A stretch of DNA of 32,000 bases from Desulfotalea psychrophila LSv54 (GCF_000025945.1 NC_006138.1:2430001-2462000), one strand, 5' to 3'. Shown: positions 18,001 through 24,122, counted from the first letter of the stretch. The notes: generated by a model from the letters alone, not told the origin. Made by a program: numbers and translations.

Positions 18001-19574
18001 TCACCTGGGTCCCTTACCTGTATTCTGGCGATAGTCTTCTCCGCCCCTTCGGGATTACCAATGAGGAGAAAATTACCACCCTCTCTGAGCTGTACCTTAT
18101 CAGCAAGATCTGCAGCATTAACCCCGACAGCACCGCCACCAGTAACCCTAAAAGACTTGGCCGGGGCAGGATCTTCTCCGACAAGGGGGGAAAATGAGCT
18201 GATTTCGCCGAGGTTAATCCCCAAGGCATCAGTCATATGGACAGGTGCATCCTCCTGGTCCTCAAAGGCATCTCTACTTACCAGCTCAAAACCGATTGCC
18301 CCCCCACCCAGTTTAATTGTGCCGGTACCGGTATTAAGAGCCATATCTAAGGCTGGATCAGACATCTCTTCACCAGCGGCAGGATAATAGACAGACTTCA
18401 TGGCACTGGAAGGCGAATGATCCACATCATCCACCGATTGAGAGACAGTGATGGTTCCCCTGTTCTCGGTATGAGTATAGGGATCACTCATCATACCTAC
18501 GGAGTAGTTGCCCTTCAGATCAATTACTCCAGAGTTGATAGTGGTTGAACCCTCACCATTACCATCAATGGCTGTGACAATGGTGTCTTCTCCACCCAGT
18601 ATGCTGCCACTGTTTACAATAAAATTCCCGCCGGTACCTCTCATCCCCCGGGTGTGATGGCCATCCAGCTTTTTCCCTGCATGGGTACCCGTAATTACGC
18701 CACCATGAACAACGCTAATTGTCCCTTTATTGAGCATTGTAATCCCGATCACCGGCTCCTCACTGTCGATACTATCCCGGTCATGTTGATCACCTAGGGG
18801 GCTGACATAGGGCGCGCCGGACCCCATGGCTATGCTATCAGAGTCACTGACAATAATCTTGCCATCTGCGGCATTGTTAAGGGTGAGAATATCCCCAGCA
18901 TGTCCAACGCCTTCAGACCACATGCCCAGTGCCTCCTGGTCAGTGGATACATCAATGGTGCCAGAATTTCTCATTACTACAGCTAAATTTTCCCCAGTAC
19001 TATCTTGTCGCTCAACCACCATACCAACATTGTGATTTGGGCTACTGCTTAGAGACTCTTTTGCAAGAATACGTCCCTTATTCTCGACAAGAATATGAGA
19101 ATCATCGGCAACACTCTCACCTACGGGCACAAAAATACCTGCCGCAATACCTTCACCGGATTCATTGTGCAGATCAAGGGTGATATTGGCATCTGAAACA
19201 ACTTCCAGATTACGCTTGGCAGAATCTCTTCCGTCAGCAAGAATTTCTACCCCAATCCCCAAGACATTGGCTTTACCCTCTTCAACCCCAAATACCTCTA
19301 TCCCCTCTTTAACCTCTTCAGCACTCCCGGCAAAAGAGATATGTACATCTTTCACATCTGCAGAGGGCGTAATACGCAGAACTTCTTTTGTATTATGTAC
19401 ATCATTATATTGATAGCCTCCACTACCACCTGTAGTGCAGGTGGTGGACTGTCCATCGACAGTAATCACAGGATCGGCAAAGACATTACTGCTGTTCATG
19501 GTTAGCAGAAAGGCACCAACGGCCAAGGCAGTTACCGCGTTATATTTTTTTTTATACGACTTTTGATGCAACAT
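15072..19574 (-). CDS. Type Va autotransporter: signal peptide, beta-helical passenger of about 1200 aa, C-terminal 12-strand beta-barrel translocator
   Basis: 1500 aa with a signal peptide (..AVGAFLLTMNSSNVFA/DP). The passenger is Gly/Thr/Asn/Val-rich, nearly Cys-free and repetitive. The C-terminal region of about 280 aa shows alternating aromatic/hydrophobic beta-strands and ends in the OMP signature ..NLKFGFRF. GAGG lies 8 nt upstream of the ATG. Confidence 0.9.
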   Translation of the reverse strand: MLHQKSYKKKYNAVTALAVGAFLLTMNSSNVFADPVITVDGQSTTCTTGGSGGYQYNDVHNTKEVLRITPSADVKDVHISFAGSAEEVKEGIEVFGVEEGKANVLGIGVEILADGRDSAKRNLEVVSDANITLDLHNESGEGIAAGIFVPVGESVADDSHILVENKGRILAKESLSSSPNHNVGMVVERQDSTGENLAVVMRNSGTIDVSTDQEALGMWSEGVGHAGDILTLNNAADGKIIVSDSDSIAMGSGAPYVSPLGDQHDRDSIDSEEPVIGITMLNKGTISVVHGGVITGTHAGKKLDGHHTRGMRGTGGNFIVNSGSILGGEDTIVTAIDGNGEGSTTINSGVIDLKGNYSVGMMSDPYTHTENRGTITVSQSVDDVDHSPSSAMKSVYYPAAGEEMSDPALDMALNTGTGTIKLGGGAIGFELVSRDAFEDQEDAPVHMTDALGINLGEISSFSPLVGEDPAPAKSFRVTGGGAVGVNAADLADKVQLREGGNFLLIGNPEGAEKTIARIQVRDPGDATYEGHSANSWIHVGMDAEDKKALAGSKFNEIRGYLNSPANFAIKRIQLQGNAVESEHDNQHAHLSVADGATVSVGKFDLTNAHIVTQDSSQAKISNLNLYGQNKISVRDTSHLTVETVTAPYHTNSAIEVEKGAVLTTSYDLLATGSSIADTSEFSFAGQGTIDLVSSDVYDQERITSFETSFKSQYSDFKGSFLYSGFDMGDGPIDLGLAEIIDSPEKEIKLTVPEDSVDKTQISFAKGTPMGAQSYELPDTVAEVKVSKGTVLSLRGSSSGEESLLKGGAEEKSVNVGGGSVLNLGAKGEVATEKRTQGTLDAKVELVAADDSSAPKTELNVRNGDFSITALTAQSGTTVNIGDSQGQGQGSLALETASLGGKVNIKKGTLSVKELTATEETVINIGNSQGQGSLALETASLNGAMLFADPNWLDSTELAKAKDASHVSIVNFGTGADSNVINGHLVAGQNSIIALGTTDAGDVDNIVKKITEDNNTTWGRTGVTAAVYLDGPYKVGAAGSLTVDGSRVTAPTGADVPVGGTATFADNSLLVVDVTNLAGQPAITADTVTISNKAFVGVKGALVGEKYTMTSTGDNWLLANIYLYNQLQEVASLVDGSFTTKSAGTAATLYGARGNTASFLTNYNERGYEVLGVTSTNYMKGILRGASPTSGGQATEASANIAGVGGIAHVNTIASALVLDLAQKHTDITGDYSTGIYFQPLYQKSDISGMNIGNYSTDMDIDLYGAALGADSVLGDFLYGGAFTYGAGKVSGEGFTSSADTDSDFYGLTMYGAYNLSNAMQISVDALYTAMSSDTRYSTLKADGIDSYVLGTGVKASYLFELGDTVVSPYAGMRYQYYKQDAYTNDVFAVNASSMDTWIIPMGVKYMYKFAAADSGLQFNIAADAGVNFAFGDTDFTSRSTLIGTPETLPLITDVYDDVTGKLSVDLIAERGQLFGSFGVNTAISSHISSLGANLKFGFRF
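16750..16990 (-). repeat. Tandem intragenic duplication (about 126 bp / 42 aa period) inside the autotransporter passenger
   Basis: The DNA blocks GCTGTTTCAAGAGCCAGCGAGCCTTGGCCCTGACTATTACCAATATTAA (from 16762) and GCTGTTTCAAGGGCCAACGAGCCTTGCCCCTGCCCCTGGCTATCACCAATATTAA (from 16888) are near-identical. At the protein level they read ..INIGNSQGQGSLALETASLNG.. and ..VNIGDSQGQGQGSLALETASLGG.. Confidence 0.65.
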
Positions 19575-20581
19575 TTTTACCTCAAATTTAAATTTGTCTT
19601 AACAAGCTATTTTACTAAAAACCATCTAAGGGTAAATTCCCTTTCCCTTCGAAACCTGCCGAACAACTGAGCTTTTCAATGGATGTATCGTTGTTCTTCT
19701 AAAAAGAATGCCTTGATATCAGCTGGCTTATAATCAACCCTCCGCAAAAAATATTAATGCCTGAGATAAGTTGGAATAATTCCACCAGTTCAAATCAATT
19801 TATTTAAGAAACGACCAAACAATCGCAGGAAAGCCAATGCCAGATATCTGCCACGGATCTTACCCCTTGCCGCCCTCCCGAAAAGGAAGGTCTGCCCTCT
19901 TTACTAAATGGCAGGATCGAAAAAGGAGACAGAACTGATCTTTTTTCCAAGAGCATCCCTTACAAGGGCTTGGCTTAAAAAACCCAATAAATCTCTACAT
20001 TATTTTTATATTATGATCAATGATTTAAATTTATTAGCTTGGTATGGTGCAATGTTATCCTGTAAGTAGCAGCTATCCATTCCTTTCGTTCAGAGGGTGT
20101 TGGCTGATGGTTAAAGGATGGCGCTAGGATTATAGGGAAAAAAGACATGGCAAAGAGGGAGGAATGGGGACATAGGTGAGGTTAGCGGGCCCACCATTCC
20201 CGTGAGAATAATGGTTGAACGCCATTGAATAAAAACTTCCAAACAGAATGTTGATAAGAAAGTCTTATTGTTTTAAATGCTTAGATCGAAAAAGTAAGGT
20301 TTTGGGATTCGTTAGTGGGGGTCGGCTTACCGATTGGAGCCTAAAAGATAAATGAGGGGGCTACCTGTTACCAACTCAATATTGGCAGTACGTCTTCTAG
20401 GCAGGTTCTAATTTTACACCAAACTATCTGGCTCTATTCCTCGCAATCTAGATCTGGCCACAGCTAGCTTGTTAGGCCGAGATCTATATGCGCAATGGAC
20501 ATATCAGTTAAAGAGTTTGCCTCCTTATAAGAACGCATTCTTTCGTATCTTTTAAACTACTTTGTAAATATCCACAAAATA

Positions 20582-20626
20582 GGTTGACGACGTCAACCAC
20601 TACGGTTAAAGTTGATGGCGTCAACC
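20582..20626. promoter_or_regulatory. Two copies of a 17-bp palindromic operator overlapping a putative marR promoter
   Basis: Site 1 is GGTTGACGACGTCAACC (20582-20598), a perfect palindrome. Site 2 is AGTTGATGGCGTCAACC (20610-20626), matching site 1 at 14/17 positions. A putative promoter reads TTGACG (20584-20589), a 17-nt spacer, then TAAAGT (20607-20612). Site 1 therefore covers the -35 box and site 2 covers the -10 box and start site. Confidence 0.65.
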
Positions 20627-20699
20627 TATTTGCATGTTGATTGGTTTATAGTTGAAACCACTTACAGCCAGAAGCTATAAGATAATCTCGGAGAACCTT

Positions 20700-21146
20700 A
20701 TGAAAAAGTTAGAAGCCATAGATCCTAAGAAATCCATCAAGCTCAGTAGAGCCCTGATAGAAATTGTCTGGCAATTTGGTCCCAAAGGGCTGGACGGTCA
20801 ATGCTGTGAGGATCTTTCAATGCCGGAATATCTTGCCTTGGAGACCTCTGCTACCACCAATGACTGTCCGGTACAGCATATAGGGAATAAGCTTAACTTT
20901 ACAAAAAGTGGCGCCACTCGCATCGTTAATCGCCTTGAGAAAAAAGGGTATATCCAAAAGATCAAATCCTATGAAGATGCTCGCGTCTGCTGTGTGGTTC
21001 CTACAGACAAGGGAAAGAGTATTCTTGAAAATGTAGCACAAGGTTATGCCGATCGCCTATCTGCTGTGCTAAGCAAGGTGCCTGCTAAACAGTCAGACAA
21101 TATAGCCAATGCCCTATTAGAGATGGCAGCGGCACTGCGCAGATAG
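20700..21146 (+). CDS. MarR-family winged-helix transcriptional regulator with two vicinal Cys-Cys pairs
   Basis: The MarR wHTH core is MPEYLALE..VQHIGNKLNFTKSGATRIVNRLEKKGYIQKIKSYEDARVCCVVPTDKGKSIL. It has five Cys, including GQCCEDL just before helix 2 and RVCCVV in the wing. I moved the start to the ATG at 20700 (MKKLEAID..), which has GGAGA 7 nt upstream. The track start at 20652 is a TTG. Confidence 0.85.
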   Translation: MKKLEAIDPKKSIKLSRALIEIVWQFGPKGLDGQCCEDLSMPEYLALETSATTNDCPVQHIGNKLNFTKSGATRIVNRLEKKGYIQKIKSYEDARVCCVVPTDKGKSILENVAQGYADRLSAVLSKVPAKQSDNIANALLEMAAALRR

Positions 21147-21240
21147 TATTTCAGATCGTTAAATTCACAGCTAGCATCAGGGTAAGAAAAGTAAGGTACG
21201 TTCTGTCCATCGATACAGGCATGGATTTATTTAACTATTT

Positions 21241-21257
21241 GGTTGACATCGTCAACC
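21241..21257. promoter_or_regulatory. Third copy of the 17-bp palindromic operator, immediately upstream of the permease gene
   Basis: GGTTGACATCGTCAACC matches site 1 at 15/17 positions and has perfect 7-bp arms. It ends 4 nt before the GGAGA Shine-Dalgarno and 17 nt before the permease ATG at 21275. Confidence 0.65.
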
Positions 21258-21274
21258 AATCGGAGACTCTCTAA

Positions 21275-22174
21275 ATGAACTCATTTACAAAAACTATTGA
21301 ATTTTTCCTTTTCATCACTGCAGAATTGACAGTTTTATTTCTTGGAATCAGCACCTTAGTCGCTTTAGCATTGATGTATATCCCCCAGGAAAAGTTAAGA
21401 GATTGGTTATCCAGACGTGGCATTTTGGGCAATGTTCTGGCGGCAACAGTCGGTTCGTTAACCCCATTTTGTGCCTGCTCCACTATTCCGATGACTTTGG
21501 GCCTACTCAAGGCTGGCGCACCATTTGGGCCGGTTATGTCCTTTGTTATCGCCTCACCACTGTTAAATCCCATAATTATAGCAATGGTGGCAGCACTCAT
21601 GGGCTTAAAGGCATGTGTGCTCTACTTTGCCATCACCTTTCTGGGATCGATCGTTTTTGGCATCGTTTTGGAAAGAGTCGGTGGAGCAGCGTGGGTCAAA
21701 AATGTGCAAATACGACCAAGCTGCTGTGGTGAGGGTAAACAGAAAGAAAACCTATCTTTTTCAGGAAAACTTAAGCGTTCATTTGCCTCTGCCTGGAAGG
21801 ATTTCAGGGCCGTACTCCCCTTTCTCCTTATTGGTGTGGCAATTGGTGCAGGCATATACGGCTATATGCCACAGGAATTTGTGATCTCACTGGCTGGGCC
21901 ACAGAATCCATTCGCTATTCCTATTGCTGCCATCATCGGTATTCCACTCTATATCAGGGCTGAAACAGCCATTCCTATTGGTATGGCCCTGGCTGAGAAG
22001 GGTATGAGTATGGGAGCGGTAATAGCATTGATTATCGGGGGAGCAGGAATGGCAATCCCTGAAATGAGCATGCTGGCCAGCATTTTCCGTAAACGCCTTG
22101 TGGCATCCATTGTGGCGGTTATTTTCGCCACGGCGGTAATTGGCGGTTTTTCCTTCAACCTCATGCTTGCCTAG
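21275..22174 (+). CDS. COG0701 / ArsP-like permease with a vicinal-thiol TPFCACS motif
   Basis: 299 aa and polytopic. It carries the signature GSLTPFCACSTIPMTLGLL..SFVIASPLLNP, typical of the DUF318/ArsP permease family. A central loop holds a further Cys pair (IRPSCCGEGKQKE). The second half is related to the first (GIPLYIRAETAIPIGMAL). Confidence 0.85.
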   Translation: MNSFTKTIEFFLFITAELTVLFLGISTLVALALMYIPQEKLRDWLSRRGILGNVLAATVGSLTPFCACSTIPMTLGLLKAGAPFGPVMSFVIASPLLNPIIIAMVAALMGLKACVLYFAITFLGSIVFGIVLERVGGAAWVKNVQIRPSCCGEGKQKENLSFSGKLKRSFASAWKDFRAVLPFLLIGVAIGAGIYGYMPQEFVISLAGPQNPFAIPIAAIIGIPLYIRAETAIPIGMALAEKGMSMGAVIALIIGGAGMAIPEMSMLASIFRKRLVASIVAVIFATAVIGGFSFNLMLA

Positions 22175-22269
22175 GAATAGCTTTGCCAGAGGGCGGTTGA
22201 TACGCATCCGGCAAGTTAACTTCGGTAGCGGACAAAAAACACAACTCACCATTACTAAAGGAAAAAACT

Positions 22270-22377
22270 ATGAAGAAGAATGGGCGCATTTTGGGGAAAC
22301 TTTTCGGAGGCTCTAAAAAAAAGGAGTGCTGTGCAATTGAACTCGAAGAGATCCCCGCAACTAAGCAGGGTTCGTAA
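22270..22377 (+). CDS. Candidate 35-aa Cys-Cys micro-protein (MKKNGRILGKLFGGSKKKECCAIELEEIPATKQGS)
   Basis: The ATG follows AAGGA about 8 nt upstream and lies in the 358-nt gap between the permease and rhodanese genes. The call is tentative: an overlapping 54-aa ORF in another frame (22280..22444, ending ..NRGCGCCN) is an alternative reading. Confidence 0.3.
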   Translation: MKKNGRILGKLFGGSKKKECCAIELEEIPATKQGS

Positions 22378-22532
22378 AAAGGGGACAACTGAAAAAGAGG
22401 CAAAGGAAGACCAGCAAAACAGGGGTTGCGGCTGTTGCAATTAAGAGGGTGGCGACCGGTGTAACAAGGTTCCAATAATAATTTGCCACGAACGGATCTG
22501 TTGCTGGCAAAGCATCCACAAGGACTAAAAGA

Positions 22533-22940
22533 GTGAATCAACTAGATAGAACACTAAGAGAAATGGATTTGCAATTCTTTGCAGAAGGTAAACATGGTGT
22601 AACGCTCAACATGGCCGCCGATTGCCTCGAAAATTCAGAAGATGCCGTCTTCCTGGATGTGCGAACAGAAGAAGAGGCAGGTTTTGTGAGGTTTAAAAAT
22701 GTGCTGCATATACCACTGAATCAGTTACCCGATCGACTGGGGGAGCTGCCCCAGAATCAACCCATTATTGTATTTTGTACTTCGGTTGTTCGGGCAAGCA
22801 TGGCTGCCTTTTATCTAAGGGCAGAGGGCATAACAGCTGTGCGGACCCTACTGGCTAGTTCAGAGGAAATGGTGAAGCTATTCTCTTCGTCCAGAGTGTT
22901 CAGCCGCAAAACGTCAACAAACCAACAGCAGTGTAACTAA
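22533..22940 (+). CDS. Single-domain rhodanese sulfurtransferase (catalytic Cys82; C-terminal ..QQQCN tail)
   Basis: The rhodanese fold is VFLDVRTEEEAGFVRFKNVLHIPLNQLPDRLGELPQNQPIIVFCTSVVRASMAAFYL, with a 6-residue active-site loop CTSVVR (TGT at 22776-22778). The GTG start at 22533 has AAGGA about 8 nt upstream. It is supported by N-terminal similarity to the downstream paralogue (LREMDLQFFAEG versus FREMDFVAFGNG). Confidence 0.85.
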   Translation: MNQLDRTLREMDLQFFAEGKHGVTLNMAADCLENSEDAVFLDVRTEEEAGFVRFKNVLHIPLNQLPDRLGELPQNQPIIVFCTSVVRASMAAFYLRAEGITAVRTLLASSEEMVKLFSSSRVFSRKTSTNQQQCN

Positions 22941-22949
22941 GGAAGCGAT

Positions 22950-23363
22950 ATGAAAAATTTACAGGGGTATTTCAGGGAGATGGATTTTGTGGCATTCGGG
23001 AATGGGGATTTTAATACACCTGCCGCGGCCCTGCCAAAGCTGATCAAAAACAATGTATTCTTGCTGGACCTGCGAACCTGGGAAGAGGTTGAGGCCTTTT
23101 CCCTGCCATTTGCCAAAAGTATACCGATAAATGAGCTTCCAGAGAGGCTCGAAGAAGTTCCTAAAAACAGGCCGGTTATTTTGTTCTCCAACGGCTCCTG
23201 GCGCTCAAGTGTGGGACTCGCCTATCTCATTGCAAAAGGTTTTGACGAGGTGTCGATTATTGCCCAGGGACTTCCTGAAATGTTGAAGACCCTAAAACCA
23301 GGCCCATTGTTTGGAGCAGGCGTACACAAGGTTCAAGCTCAAACAGACTGCAACTGTGGATAA
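22950..23363 (+). CDS. Rhodanese-homology protein with Ser in place of the catalytic Cys (C-terminal ..DCNCG tail)
   Basis: This is a paralogue of the preceding gene (VFLLDLRTWEEVEAFSLPFAKSIPINELPERLEEVPKNRPVILFSNGSWRSSVGLAYL). The aligned active-site position is Ser80 (TCC, 23187-23189). It starts 9 nt after the stop of the upstream gene. Confidence 0.85.
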   Translation: MKNLQGYFREMDFVAFGNGDFNTPAAALPKLIKNNVFLLDLRTWEEVEAFSLPFAKSIPINELPERLEEVPKNRPVILFSNGSWRSSVGLAYLIAKGFDEVSIIAQGLPEMLKTLKPGPLFGAGVHKVQAQTDCNCG

Positions 23364-23365
23364 AG

Positions 23366-24106
23366 ATGCTACTGACTATTGCCCTACTAGCATTTTGTTT
23401 GAGTTTTATCTTTGCCCTGGGTGGCGTGGGAAGTGCTGTGGCTTTAGTTCCCGCGCTTATCGCCATTGGAGTTCCTGGAGGTGTCGCCCGTCCCATCGCC
23501 TTACTTGTTAATACAGTAAGCCTCGGCGGGGGCACCATCTATAACCTCAAAACAGGTAAATTCAAACCCGGCCCATGGTGGTTATTGATACTGTTTTCCC
23601 TCCCGGCTGCCCCTCTGGGGGCATGGGTTTCCACCTTAATTCCGCATAATATTCTCTCCGGGGTATTTGCTGGATTCATGGTCTTTTCCGGTTTTTTGAT
23701 GATTGCTCCTGCACGGAAAAGTCAGCAAAAAGAGGAACGAAACACCTGTCCACCAGTAGGCGGAGCCTTGATCGGGGCAGTTTCGGGTGTGGTATCTGGC
23801 ATGCTGGGGGTAGGCGGTGGAGGTGTGATCATCCCCGCCTTATATGCCATGCGGTTTCGTTCGCATCATATTGCAATGATCACAGCGATGGCCGTCCCAT
23901 TTTCTTCTTTCACAGGCTTTATCGCCTATGCCGCCATGGGTTCGCTCAATATAACTACCGTTGTAGTGGCATCGTTAGCAGCTCTTGCTGGTGGCACCAT
24001 TGGCACAAGAGCAATGCACCGTATCGATCAGCGATTGGTGAAAATGTTTTTATCAATAACCTTAATAATTTCAGGAGGCAGAATCATATGGAAGCTTGTT
24101 GCCTGA
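23366..24106 (+). CDS. TauE/SafE (TSUP, DUF81) family anion exporter
   Basis: 246 aa and polytopic. It shows the two-repeat TSUP pattern with Gly-rich motifs (FALGGVGSAVALVPAL.. and ..GMLGVGGGGVIIPAL..). It starts 2 nt after the rhodanese-like gene. Confidence 0.9.
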   Translation: MLLTIALLAFCLSFIFALGGVGSAVALVPALIAIGVPGGVARPIALLVNTVSLGGGTIYNLKTGKFKPGPWWLLILFSLPAAPLGAWVSTLIPHNILSGVFAGFMVFSGFLMIAPARKSQQKEERNTCPPVGGALIGAVSGVVSGMLGVGGGGVIIPALYAMRFRSHHIAMITAMAVPFSSFTGFIAYAAMGSLNITTVVVASLAALAGGTIGTRAMHRIDQRLVKMFLSITLIISGGRIIWKLVA

Positions 24107-24122
24107 GAAAGCTGAAGTTTGA

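Noticed and set aside
15244-19413. Many 60-130-aa ORFs on both strands within the autotransporter gene
   Set aside because: They are by-products of the repetitive coding sequence. None has an RBS or a motif.
19575-19900. Possible c-di-GMP riboswitch or other known leader RNA upstream of the autotransporter
   Set aside because: I looked on the - strand for GEMM-like conserved elements and found nothing resembling them. A covariance-model scan is needed to exclude this properly.
20441-20490. Cluster of 6-bp palindromes (TCTAGA, AGATCT, GCTAGC, AGATCT) resembling a cloning polylinker
   Set aside because: The sites are simply the arms and loop of one inverted repeat (TAGATCTGGCC..GGCCGAGATCTA). 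The flanking sequence looks native and no vector features are present.
20652-20699. TTG-initiated 16-aa N-terminal extension of the MarR ORF
   Set aside because: The ATG at 20700 has a GGAGA SD at proper spacing and gives a normal-length MarR protein. The TTG has no RBS.
21271-22252. - strand and alternative-frame ORFs (109, 109, 89, 77, 121, 71 aa) overlapping the permease gene
   Set aside because: They are shadows of the COG0701 permease CDS, which carries the family signature motif.
22161-22541. 126-aa and 61-aa - strand ORFs spanning the permease-rhodanese gap
   Set aside because: They have no RBS and odd composition. They run antisense into the permease 3' end against the operon direction. 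They cannot be fully excluded, but the + strand micro-ORFs with an SD are more plausible.
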